A stretch of DNA of 50,858 nucleotides from positions 1 through 50,858 of the IMG/VR virus record IMGVR_UViG_3300045960_000023. The stretch is one strand, 5' to 3'. Every line of letters starts with the position of its first letter. The stretch's first letter is position 1. The stretch comes from a virus. Taxonomy: Duplodnaviria; Caudoviricetes. Below the pieces are notes generated by a model, which saw only the letters and a list, made by a program, of their open reading frames with translations, did no database searches and had not been told where the DNA came from. The translations under genes were made by a program, and so were the position numbers. This document shows, piece by piece, positions 36,293-45,617 of the stretch.

Positions 36293-37555
36293 TTAGTGAG
36301 GTGCAACTCCAGTTGTCATATCATAGAAAGGCGTCTGAATAGGTGTCCACGTAACACCCCTATCAGTCGACTCCCACACAGACATCATATAGACGTCACT
36401 ATATCCAGCTAGCAGTGTACTAGCATAATAGAACGTGAACAAGAGCTTTCCATCAATAGCGGTGAAATCACTGGAGCCTTGATCAGTTGATGGGCTAACT
36501 GCAGTGTCATCTGTGAATGTCCCTACCTCGCTCCAAGACACCCCATCATCACTCCTATACACATGGCTATGTCCAGTAGTGCGACCTAGTCCATCTCTAA
36601 AATTGAATATGCAGTAATAGTAAGTTCCATCATACGCTAGAGAGGCTCCTGACTGGTATATATGGTAGAAGTTCAGCACCTCAGTCCAGTTAGTGCCATC
36701 TGTTGACCGATAGATAGAACGAGTACCAGGCTCCACCACGAACAGCGCATCGTTGAGATACTTAAAGTCTGTAGTAGAGTAGACAGGTGCACTAACAGCT
36801 ACTCCCCAAGATGCCCAAGTCGCTCCACGATCTGTAGACCTGTATATAGTCTCCTTATAGTACACATATACGTTATCAGCTGGGTCTACACAGATATACA
36901 TCTTATACGCAAATCCAGCCTTTGTTCCAATGAGCACTGGTACAAACGTAAGCCCACCATCTGTAGACCTACGATCATAGAGATAAGATGTACCAGATAG
37001 GTACTCTATAGTAAGAACATGAATAACGCCTGTTGAGTCGATAGTGATCCAATGGGAATAGTAGAACGGAATCAAAGGTACTCGCCCAGCTACCACTACT
37101 CCTATAAGCGTCTCAGATACAACCTCTCCATCATCGAGCACTAGAACATATGTACCTGCTGGATAATCAGGCGCCAGGTCAATCCGCTGAGTTCCACCAA
37201 ACACTACCAACGTCCCCTGTGTAGCCTGTGCAGACATAGGCTCCATCCACCTGTAGTCGATGTAGTCCCCAAACAGTTCCTCTTCCGCGGTAGCAGTATA
37301 AAGCACCTCCCAGCACACAGGTGTACGCGTTACTGCTGGATTGTACCTGATAACGTATAGCGTGCTTATAGGAGAGATGTGATCTGTCGTAAAGTAGTAT
37401 ATCTCCCCAGAAGCTGTGACAAGAGCAGTTGTCGGGCAGCTATACCAAGGCATCTGCAGCAAGCAAGAATCCTCAGGCGAAGGTGTAGGTGTAACCCCAC
37501 CACCTGTGAACTTGTGCCAGTGGCCACAGGGCCTATGCTTTAACAGGTGCGTCAC
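36293..37555 (-). CDS. Asp-box (BNR) beta-propeller, putative receptor-binding protein
   Basis: Five S-x-D-x(0,1)-G-x-x-W/F Asp boxes. Confidence 0.7.
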   Translation of the reverse strand: MTHLLKHRPCGHWHKFTGGGVTPTPSPEDSCLLQMPWYSCPTTALVTASGEIYYFTTDHISPISTLYVIRYNPAVTRTPVCWEVLYTATAEEELFGDYIDYRWMEPMSAQATQGTLVVFGGTQRIDLAPDYPAGTYVLVLDDGEVVSETLIGVVVAGRVPLIPFYYSHWITIDSTGVIHVLTIEYLSGTSYLYDRRSTDGGLTFVPVLIGTKAGFAYKMYICVDPADNVYVYYKETIYRSTDRGATWASWGVAVSAPVYSTTDFKYLNDALFVVEPGTRSIYRSTDGTNWTEVLNFYHIYQSGASLAYDGTYYYCIFNFRDGLGRTTGHSHVYRSDDGVSWSEVGTFTDDTAVSPSTDQGSSDFTAIDGKLLFTFYYASTLLAGYSDVYMMSVWESTDRGVTWTPIQTPFYDMTTGVAPH

Positions 37556-37739
37556 TCTTCTTCTCCCTCTTATGCTCGTGCTTCATGGTAGCGTGGAAAG
37601 CGCGCCTCAGCTCCATGCGGCCCATCCTCTTATTCTCCGGCACCTTGTACCATTCATTGGTGATAGTGTCGAGATATTCTTGCACGACCGACACCATCTT
37701 CTCATCCTCATATGTCACGATAAGTCGGGTAGTTTTCAC
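37533..37739 (-). CDS. Small hypothetical protein
   Basis: GTG at 37739 after AGGTG; fills the gap between fibre genes. Confidence 0.55.
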   Translation of the reverse strand: MKTTRLIVTYEDEKMVSVVQEYLDTITNEWYKVPENKRMGRMELRRAFHATMKHEHKREKKSDAPVKA

Positions 37740-37740
37740 G

Positions 37741-40572
37741 TCACACCTGGTATATGTACATAGTGTCACAGCTCGTTGCGTAGTTCTCAACGGACTGTGC
37801 AATCTGCGTATATGGAGCTACCTTCGAGTATACAGTTATGTGGTCATGAGGAGGCCCATTAAAGCTCGCTACGTAAATGTAGAGATCATCCACCGCTATG
37901 TTGAGCGCACCTGGTTCTGTGGCAAACTCGTCAACGAAAGCGAACGTAGCCTTATCGTATATCCTCAGCTTGTCCAGATCCCTATCCGATACATAGATGT
38001 ATGTCTCGTCACAAGCGATACCACAAGCGTTGTCCATCCAGAAGTTTGGGTCGCCTTCTGTCAACGGTGAAGTACTGGTGATAGAACCATCTGACAAGTC
38101 CATGAGCTGAATGGCCCTATTCCCATAGTCTGCTAGATAAGCTGTCCCATCCCCTACAATTGCCATCTGCTCAATGTAGCCACCTGTCGCTTCAAACGAG
38201 TCAACATAAGCCATCGTTGCCTTGTTGATGCGCCTAATGAAATCACCATCTACGATGTAGACATACGTCCCATCAACTGCCAGCCCATGAGGATTATCAG
38301 AGTAGTCCCAATCCAGATCCTCGTAATAGTCTACAATCGAGTAGTCGGCCTTGTTTAGCCTGTACACTCGAAGCGAACCAGTCACCCCACCATCCTGGTC
38401 TATGACGTAGATGTACGAAGCATCCACTGTCATACCATAGCCATAGCCGAAGATGTCTCCACTCCCGTCTATGTATGCGAAGGTGTTCTTATTGTACCTC
38501 TGCACCTGCCCATTACCTACGCCCAAGTCCATGACATAGAGGTTATCCCCATCTATGAATATGTCCTGAGGGTACACAACACTAAGCTCACTCACATATG
38601 ACAGGTCAGATATGTTCCTCTTAACCACAGTCTCATACTGCGCGGTGTACACATAGGAGCCATCTACCACCATTCTATTGGCATATGTAGCGTAGCCTTC
38701 ACTAGCCAGGCCACCATTAGGGTGCCCTATCGACACGGTCTTCACATAGTCGGTGCCAGCCTTATACATCTTATTATTAGCGCCATCACCAATGTAGAGG
38801 TTCCCACCTGCATATGCTACACCATACGGTGAAGAGGCCCAATAGCGAGAGCGTCCAAACTCCGTCACATATGCAAGCGTGGCCCGATCCAGAACGGCAA
38901 CACGATAGTTCCACGTATCCGCTACATACAGATAATCCTCATCACACGTTAGGTCGTATGCCAAATATGTATACTGCTCAACGGGATCACAGTTCAGACC
39001 TGTGATAGAGCGTATAGTGGAGAGGTCACTCTTACTAATCTCATGCAGCGCCCCATTAGTGGTGTACCATGCCACACTACCGGATGCAGTATGGATAGCT
39101 TGAACTGTTATCCCAGTTCTCTGTGTCACGAGTGAGAGGTCGCTCTTCCGTCTCTTAGTAATCTTACCCGAGCTCTTCACCGTGACATAGGTGTATGTGT
39201 TATCAACTGCAATCCCGAAGGGGCACGCAGGCTCACTCACTTCAATGATCGCTCCAAGCAGCTTAGTGTGCTTAAGCACCTCGTCACAATCGGCTCCTGC
39301 TCCCCCAAGCGGAGCATCGTGCACTATATATAGATCGTCCACTGGGGGTGGGATAGGTGGAATATAGTTCCCATCATAATCCTTCGTCCAATAGCCGCAC
39401 CAAGGGTCGTGCTTCTTAGGTGTAACAGGTGTGTTGTCCACCCTCTGGTTCGGGTTCGTCCAGACTGGGTTGACATAGCCTGGCTCACTAATCGAGGTGC
39501 CCTCATTGTAGTGGGGCTTATCAGGCTGCGGGACGAAGGGCCACACTATGGGCTCAGCTGCTGGGTTACTGTCATAGTTGACAATCGTATCTGAGTGGTC
39601 CCACTCTGGATTGTTCAGGTAGCCCCACTTATTCGCCTGTGCCACAAGGCCCCACACTGGGGTCTCAACAGGAGCTACACCTTTATGCCAATGAGGAATA
39701 GACGGGATAACTGGCGTATAGCGCATATGCACATCAGCTGTGCCACCCGCTACTGCTCCACCTGCAATCACAAAGGGCTTAGATATTCTGGTAAAAGGCG
39801 CTGTCCCACCTACGACTGCTCCACCTTCTCCGACAACTACTATCTCCGCAAAGTTGGTGCCTAGGTAAGGGGCCTCACCTCCTGCCACAGCCCCACCGCT
39901 CACCACCATATCTGCGATCTTAACAGAAGGAGCAGAGCCTCCAGCTACGGCTCCACCACTCATGGTCTCAGATACGATCTGAACAGGAATCCATGTACTG
40001 GGTGCCACGCCTCCTGCGATAGCGCCGCCAGTTGCCGTCTCAACTTTCAGGGTCAAGATAGAAGCAGAGCCACCTGCAATGGCTCCACCTGTCATCGTCT
40101 CGTACTGGACGTTGGCCAGGGCAACCCACTCAACGGGAGCCGTCCCACCTGCTACCGCACCGCCCCCTATAGTCTCAACTCTCAGAGTGGTATGAGCACC
40201 AGTGCCACCTGCGACTGCCCCTCCGCCAACTGTCTCAACACGAAGCATCTTGGCAGGAGCAGAAGCACCCGCAACTGCGCCACCACTAGCCGCCTCATTC
40301 TTCACCTGAACACAAGGAGCCGACCCACCTGCGATCGCACCTCCAGCCATCGTAACTGACTTGTTCAGGTAGCGTGTGGTAGGGGCTGTACCTCCAGCTA
40401 TCGCACCACCGCTCGCTGACATGGTGACTATGGAAACACCAAGCTCAACGTTAACAAGCGGTACGCCATACAAAGGTAGCGAACAATCGTTAGTCACTAC
40501 CTCCGTATCGCTGATGGCTACGCGAGGTACGCCATATAAAGGAAGGCTAAAATCTCTGGTATCTATCGCCAT
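37741..40572 (-). CDS. Tail fibre-like protein: GGAxAGG repeat stalk plus NHL/YWTD-like beta-propellers
   Basis: 11 GGA(I/V)(A/V)G(G/A) repeats; many G(I/L)AVDxxYxYVxD blades. Confidence 0.75.
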   Translation of the reverse strand: MAIDTRDFSLPLYGVPRVAISDTEVVTNDCSLPLYGVPLVNVELGVSIVTMSASGGAIAGGTAPTTRYLNKSVTMAGGAIAGGSAPCVQVKNEAASGGAVAGASAPAKMLRVETVGGGAVAGGTGAHTTLRVETIGGGAVAGGTAPVEWVALANVQYETMTGGAIAGGSASILTLKVETATGGAIAGGVAPSTWIPVQIVSETMSGGAVAGGSAPSVKIADMVVSGGAVAGGEAPYLGTNFAEIVVVGEGGAVVGGTAPFTRISKPFVIAGGAVAGGTADVHMRYTPVIPSIPHWHKGVAPVETPVWGLVAQANKWGYLNNPEWDHSDTIVNYDSNPAAEPIVWPFVPQPDKPHYNEGTSISEPGYVNPVWTNPNQRVDNTPVTPKKHDPWCGYWTKDYDGNYIPPIPPPVDDLYIVHDAPLGGAGADCDEVLKHTKLLGAIIEVSEPACPFGIAVDNTYTYVTVKSSGKITKRRKSDLSLVTQRTGITVQAIHTASGSVAWYTTNGALHEISKSDLSTIRSITGLNCDPVEQYTYLAYDLTCDEDYLYVADTWNYRVAVLDRATLAYVTEFGRSRYWASSPYGVAYAGGNLYIGDGANNKMYKAGTDYVKTVSIGHPNGGLASEGYATYANRMVVDGSYVYTAQYETVVKRNISDLSYVSELSVVYPQDIFIDGDNLYVMDLGVGNGQVQRYNKNTFAYIDGSGDIFGYGYGMTVDASYIYVIDQDGGVTGSLRVYRLNKADYSIVDYYEDLDWDYSDNPHGLAVDGTYVYIVDGDFIRRINKATMAYVDSFEATGGYIEQMAIVGDGTAYLADYGNRAIQLMDLSDGSITSTSPLTEGDPNFWMDNACGIACDETYIYVSDRDLDKLRIYDKATFAFVDEFATEPGALNIAVDDLYIYVASFNGPPHDHITVYSKVAPYTQIAQSVENYATSCDTMYIYQV

Positions 40573-43382
40573 TAGACCGCCACGAGGTGAATGTCGTCAA
40601 TACCTATGTCGCCAGTTGTCGATCCATCCCAGGCCATAAACTGTAGCCTCAGGTACCCAGCTTCAGACGCAGTAACTGTTGCCGAAGTGTGCTCCTCCCA
40701 GCTATCTGTCAGCGTCACGCTTTGCTCATAGATAGGTGTAATGCCACAACCTGATATGCAATACTTCAACGTGCAGTCTGCTCCAGAGCTAGTCTTCTTC
40801 ACATAAAAGTGAACCTTATAGTCATCTCCAGCTGTCACTGGTATATAGATGGGCTGCACGCACATAGGCAGATACACATAAGTTGGGCTTAAATATAAGC
40901 ATAGCCCAGATCCTCCTCGTGCCCATGCTGCGTTCTGGCCACCTGTTATCTGGTCAGAAACTGTTCCAAATGAGTAGTATGTTATATACCGCCCTGCTTG
41001 CTTGAAGCTGTCAATACAAAGTATAGGTCCATTACCACAGTAAGGTGACTCGATATAAGCTGCCCACGTTCCAGATGTCTCTATGTAGCGACCAATTCTT
41101 ATCGGGCCAATAGGTACTGAACTATTGCTTCCCCCCACAGTAGGCTGAATTCCATAAGCTATAGTCGCATCGCAATTTACCTCTCCTATCTCTGCACCTA
41201 GCGCATCTCCAACAAGCAAAGAGTTAAACGTATTATAGAAGTTGACCTTATCTATATACACATTCTCAGCAGTGGTTGCAATGCGTAGACCATCAGGACT
41301 TGCTGGGCCCCCGTAGATGTTTATAGTTCCATGATACTTAAGGTCGCCATGAATGGCAACTACACTATAGATATTCCTATTCGATGTAGCGTTAATGGTT
41401 CCTGTCCCTGTAGACCCCTGTCCTACTATGTAAGCTGGAACATATGTCTGACCACTACCAATACAATAGTGGTCGCCCTCCCACCTGTGACAATGTGTAC
41501 TTCCTGGGTACGAGCCTAACGCAACTGTAACCCCAGCTCCAGTGCTAGCTCCACAGAGGTTAGAAAACTTATGTCCCCCATAGTCGCTAGAATTGTCTAC
41601 GCTTATGACATAGCCTCTACCGACTTGTCCTACCCTATCAATGGCTATTGAATTCTTAGTGGCGCAAGTTAAGACAGCTATATTAGTTGTAGCTCCAGCT
41701 ACACCAAACATAGACATGCCAGTCGAATCCTGAGAGTCTGTAGAGAAGTCCCATCCTCCCTGGAACGTTAAGTAGTTCTGCGACCAAAGACCTGCGCCAC
41801 TAGAAAGGTTACTTATAGATGCGGAAGCATTTATCCTATAAGGCTCAATGATATAGGCGTGGACATCAGTAGCTGTAGCAAGATGATAAGGGGAAGCATT
41901 CGTAGTGGAGTGCCCATAGCCAAGACCAACAGTTAGCCCATCTGTAGACACACTACTTACACAGAACCACCATCCATCATCTCTACCAACAGCAGAGCCG
42001 TGAGCTAGATCGTTGGTAGCAAAGATATTGTCTATATAGAACGTAGGCGTTGTTGGGTCGGACACTGCATATAGAGCAATAGACCGTATACCATTAGATA
42101 GCGCAGATCCTTTGTCTAGAACGATAAGATGTGATGTACTACCTACTAGTGCAGGGAGGTTGAGCGTGTCTAGCGCAGTATCACCAGTCGCATCACTACA
42201 CAGCTTTAGCTGGATATTCCCAGCAGCTTGCGCTGTGCCTAAGAGATAGATATACATAGAGACCTTGGTGTAGCCAGATAGATTAAGCTCATTACCCGCA
42301 CCAAAGTCTACCCAAGCTATCTTCCCAGATGTAAAGGCAGATGCCACGGCAATATACGATGACTTTGATCCCTCAACGAAGTATGTAGTGTTCGTATTGA
42401 CAGTGACCGCTGCATCTGTCTTAGACCACGCAGACTCACACGCGTAGATATTGGCGGTCCTAGCATTATCCAAGACAAAGGTTGAATTACCATTCGTCCA
42501 GTCAGAGTGGCCCATATCCACCTTAGTTGACTTCTTTATATAAACTGTATCACCATTGGAAAGTGAGCCTGCAGGAAATCCAGTATCGAACGTCTTCTTT
42601 GGCACTGTGTAGACCTGGCCACTATTAGCATCAGACCCGCTAGTAGGGTCTACATACCAGTTCCCAGCCCAGTGTGCACCTGCGCCCGAGAACGTACCAG
42701 CCTTGATAGCATCTATATCAGCGTCAGATAAGAAGGAGTCCCAGAGCGTCAGCTCGTCAATCTCACCATCATGAGGGGACGTTCCAGCGCCTAGAGCACC
42801 TACGCCATAGTCGCCATCTTCTATGTTCATCTCATTAGCCAGAGCTGACCAACCACTAGTCCAGTCACCAGCTGTATCGTCCCATACCCTATAATGAAGC
42901 CTTTTCCTGTAATCTCCTTGTATACACACTGCAAAGAAGTACCACCGACCAGTAGTGATGGTCTTCATAACATGATAGGCCCAAGACCCTCCACCTGCTG
43001 CGGCCCAAGCTACTCGAAAAGAAGTAGTCCCCCCTCCGACATAGAAGCAGTACTTGGTCAATGCGTACTTACTAAAAAGACCCCAGGCCGACGGAGTAGA
43101 CTCACACATGAACCAACCTGTTACAGAGAAGTTGGTATTAGTCGTCCCATTCTTCCCAGGCCATGTGCTTGGTGCGCTAGAGTCAGATAAAATAAGGTAT
43201 TGTGTACTACTAGACTCAAAGTCAGCAGACGCAGAACCCTGCTTATAATCAGTGGTGTTAGCAACTGGATAAGCAGTTCCATTCGAAAGGGTGGCACTTC
43301 CCTTACTATCGGTGAGAAGTGCCCCATCCTCGAAATTGTACACTGACAAGCAGTGGGTTGCACTGGAGAAATCGTTCGCCAT
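40572..43382 (-). CDS. Tail spike/fibre with LamG-like N-terminal domain and carbohydrate-binding-like modules
   Basis: NFSVTGW...TTGRWYFFA...DGEIDELTLWDSFLS (LamG); WYVDPTSGSDANSG; C-terminal LTDSWEE...IDDI. Confidence 0.75.
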   Translation of the reverse strand: MANDFSSATHCLSVYNFEDGALLTDSKGSATLSNGTAYPVANTTDYKQGSASADFESSSTQYLILSDSSAPSTWPGKNGTTNTNFSVTGWFMCESTPSAWGLFSKYALTKYCFYVGGGTTSFRVAWAAAGGGSWAYHVMKTITTGRWYFFAVCIQGDYRKRLHYRVWDDTAGDWTSGWSALANEMNIEDGDYGVGALGAGTSPHDGEIDELTLWDSFLSDADIDAIKAGTFSGAGAHWAGNWYVDPTSGSDANSGQVYTVPKKTFDTGFPAGSLSNGDTVYIKKSTKVDMGHSDWTNGNSTFVLDNARTANIYACESAWSKTDAAVTVNTNTTYFVEGSKSSYIAVASAFTSGKIAWVDFGAGNELNLSGYTKVSMYIYLLGTAQAAGNIQLKLCSDATGDTALDTLNLPALVGSTSHLIVLDKGSALSNGIRSIALYAVSDPTTPTFYIDNIFATNDLAHGSAVGRDDGWWFCVSSVSTDGLTVGLGYGHSTTNASPYHLATATDVHAYIIEPYRINASASISNLSSGAGLWSQNYLTFQGGWDFSTDSQDSTGMSMFGVAGATTNIAVLTCATKNSIAIDRVGQVGRGYVISVDNSSDYGGHKFSNLCGASTGAGVTVALGSYPGSTHCHRWEGDHYCIGSGQTYVPAYIVGQGSTGTGTINATSNRNIYSVVAIHGDLKYHGTINIYGGPASPDGLRIATTAENVYIDKVNFYNTFNSLLVGDALGAEIGEVNCDATIAYGIQPTVGGSNSSVPIGPIRIGRYIETSGTWAAYIESPYCGNGPILCIDSFKQAGRYITYYSFGTVSDQITGGQNAAWARGGSGLCLYLSPTYVYLPMCVQPIYIPVTAGDDYKVHFYVKKTSSGADCTLKYCISGCGITPIYEQSVTLTDSWEEHTSATVTASEAGYLRLQFMAWDGSTTGDIGIDDIHLVAV

Positions 43383-43394
43383 CTTGCGCTCCTA

Positions 43395-43817
43395 TCAGCT
43401 AGGGGTACCTTTGCTCAACTGGAACGTAGGGGTAACCTTCAACTGGTCGCCGTTGTTAGCGGGGGTAAAGGTCGACGCAAACTTCTCAGCCCAGATCAAC
43501 ACGGTACCTGCGTTGTTCGTGACCAGGTAGCCGTAGATATCTGTGTTCGTGGTGAGAGGGCCGGTGAAGGTAAACGTCTGCTCAGCGTAGACCGCGTCGC
43601 TGGGATCATTTGCAGTGTCGACCGTCCAGCTATTATTGGTCAGCGTCTTGGCAGCATAGCCACCACCAACTGCCAACGTATAGTCGCCAATCACATCTGC
43701 GTCGTCAGGTGTCACGTCAGTGACGAACAATTCCAGCTTCAGATTCTGCTGCGCTGTGTTGTTGAAAAAGGTATTGAGAATAAGATCTGCGCCAACATCT
43801 ACGAGTGTAAGAGCCAT
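43395..43817 (-). CDS. Minor tail/fibre adaptor protein
   Basis: LKLELF...GGGYAAKTL...EQTFTFTG...IYGY...WAEKF...NGDQLKVT. Confidence 0.65.
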   Translation of the reverse strand: MALTLVDVGADLILNTFFNNTAQQNLKLELFVTDVTPDDADVIGDYTLAVGGGYAAKTLTNNSWTVDTANDPSDAVYAEQTFTFTGPLTTNTDIYGYLVTNNAGTVLIWAEKFASTFTPANNGDQLKVTPTFQLSKGTPS

Positions 43818-43826
43818 TGTATCCTC

Positions 43827-44396
43827 CTATGAGATAGCCATGCTTCCTCTTTGCGTCATTGTAAGGGTAAGGGGATCAGCTGCGATAACCAAGCTCGTCC
43901 CCACTCCATCTGTATCAGGTCCACCGATGAGCACTTGCCCATTGTAGTTACACATAGCCACCGCTGTTGGGAGCGTGGCAGATGTGGTGTAAGCACCAGT
44001 CGCCGCACTCCGGATAACAGCAACGTGCCCATTGCTCATATACAGGTAGCTATGGAAATCAACTACATCCCACGGGCTTCCTGCCGCAGCGGCTGTGTAC
44101 ATCAGAGTCCATGAGCCTCCGATCAGCTCATATATCTTCTGAGCGCCACACGCTAGGGTCACATGGGAAAGGGCGAACAGCTGAGGATAGGGGAACGCAT
44201 CTGTGATAGGCGTGCCCAGCTTGGTAAGCGTCTCAAGCGCCTGGAGTACACCATCTTGTCCAACTGCGCCATCACAGGTGATGAGGTACTCCTCATTCCG
44301 AGGGTTCCTCAGCGACGCTCTCAGTCCCCTAGAGAGGTCTCTATCCACGGTGAAGGTGAACTTTCCACCCTTCACCACAACAGCGTACATAGCCAT
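43827..44396 (-). CDS. Tail nozzle protein, N-terminal part (putative)
   Basis: Beta-propeller-like blades ending at CNYNGQVLIGG; located just after the adaptor region. Confidence 0.45.
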   Translation of the reverse strand: MAMYAVVVKGGKFTFTVDRDLSRGLRASLRNPRNEEYLITCDGAVGQDGVLQALETLTKLGTPITDAFPYPQLFALSHVTLACGAQKIYELIGGSWTLMYTAAAAGSPWDVVDFHSYLYMSNGHVAVIRSAATGAYTTSATLPTAVAMCNYNGQVLIGGPDTDGVGTSLVIAADPLTLTMTQRGSMAIS

Positions 44397-44764
44397 TAGA
44401 TGTCTCCGTGGTTAGTGGGGCGTACCGCCTCGAGCGGCCCATCGAAGGTGCGTCTCGGCTTGCTATCCACGCCCTTCATATCCAGCGTTCCCAGAGTCTT
44501 GAGCTTCTGCTGAATCATAGGAACGGCCTTGGCCAGCTTCTCCTCATACGAGAGCAAGGGATTCTTACCATCAACCTGCTCGATCGTCGAGGCGACCACA
44601 TCCTTATGATTCGCGAATTCTGGGTGATCCTTGTAGAACGCGCTGTTCAGCTTACTGTACATGGCCTGTTGCGCCATCAAGCTACCCATCACAGTGGGCA
44701 ATGAGAGGATAGCCCTCTCCACTGCAGCGTTGATGATCTCTTCTCTCTCCTCAGGCGTTATCAT
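44396..44764 (-). CDS. Helical protein resembling the scaffold core
   Basis: ATG 44764 with GGGGG RBS; FYKDHPEF...KNP resembles scaffold WYDSNPDL...KEP. Confidence 0.6.
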   Translation of the reverse strand: MITPEEREEIINAAVERAILSLPTVMGSLMAQQAMYSKLNSAFYKDHPEFANHKDVVASTIEQVDGKNPLLSYEEKLAKAVPMIQQKLKTLGTLDMKGVDSKPRRTFDGPLEAVRPTNHGDI

Positions 44765-44765
44765 C

Positions 44766-45509
44766 TTATCCCCCCATCTGGCTCGTGCCAGCTGTATCGT
44801 ATTCTGCATCATCGTCGTCCAGACCTTTGAGGTCACCCTGAACAACGATCTTCATATCTGCCGCACCACTTGTGTTCATGTAGAGCCCGTGCAACTTCAT
44901 AATAGCGGCAGCAATAAGTGTATCGGGATGGTTCTCAGTCCAGTAGGATTGGACCTGAGTCCACAGGCCACCACTCAGGGTAGCAGAAAGTGTTGGACTA
45001 TAGAAGAGGCCCACGATGCTGATGAAGCAGAGCTCCGCGGGCGTAGGCATGATAATGATGCCGTTGTTCACGAAGTGGGTGCTATCAAGCAGTAGGTCTT
45101 CAATGTCCTGTTGCCCGCCACCACTCAGCATCGTATCAGGATAGGGGCGGAAGGAGACAGGCGCGTAGTCGGTAGGCGGCCCCTGAGTCTCGGACGAGAG
45201 GGCCTTTCCATAGTACTCCTTGATCTCTCCAAGGGAGCAGAGGTTCAAGGGGTAAAGTGAGGTTCCATCACTCTTAGTATACCACACTTCTTTGACAGCA
45301 CGCAGGCCTTCAACATACACCTTGAGGGTTCCAGCTGCCACAGATTGCACATTCCTAGCCGTGGCCTTCTGAAAATCGTGGCTACGATCCAAGTACCGCT
45401 GTGCAGCGTTGAGGAAGAAGTCAGCCCCATTGTCCTCATTGGTAGATGTGATGAGGTCATAACGTCCACTCACCTCCACGAACTTATCTCTAACTTCCTT
45501 GTAAGTCAT
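44766..45509 (-). CDS. Head-tail adaptor (tail tubular A-like)
   Basis: MTYKEVRD...FLNAAQ...GPPTDY...MPTP...SYWTENHPDTLI; follows the capsid gene. Confidence 0.7.
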   Translation of the reverse strand: MTYKEVRDKFVEVSGRYDLITSTNEDNGADFFLNAAQRYLDRSHDFQKATARNVQSVAAGTLKVYVEGLRAVKEVWYTKSDGTSLYPLNLCSLGEIKEYYGKALSSETQGPPTDYAPVSFRPYPDTMLSGGGQQDIEDLLLDSTHFVNNGIIIMPTPAELCFISIVGLFYSPTLSATLSGGLWTQVQSYWTENHPDTLIAAAIMKLHGLYMNTSGAADMKIVVQGDLKGLDDDDAEYDTAGTSQMGG

Positions 45510-45541
45510 GTGCCCACCTTTTACCAATCGTTGGTATAAGT

Positions 45542-45575
45542 GGGTGGGGAGAGGTCCGAGGTTCTCTCCCCACCC
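45542..45575 (-). terminator. Hairpin after the major capsid gene
   Basis: 12-bp perfect stem GGGTGGGGAGAG/CTCTCCCCACCC; weak U-tract. Confidence 0.6.
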
Positions 45576-45617
45576 CGCCGCTTCAACTTAGAGAGGAGGA
45601 AGTGTCGACGGCGCTAC

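Noticed and set aside
36293-43382. Diversity-generating retroelement or invertible tail-fibre system
   Set aside because: No reverse transcriptase, invertase or template/variable repeat pair found
2146-45535. Palindromes as CRISPR repeats or mere CCAN5TGG restriction sites
   Set aside because: They are dispersed rather than arrayed, and the constrained centre and flanks exceed a restriction-site pattern
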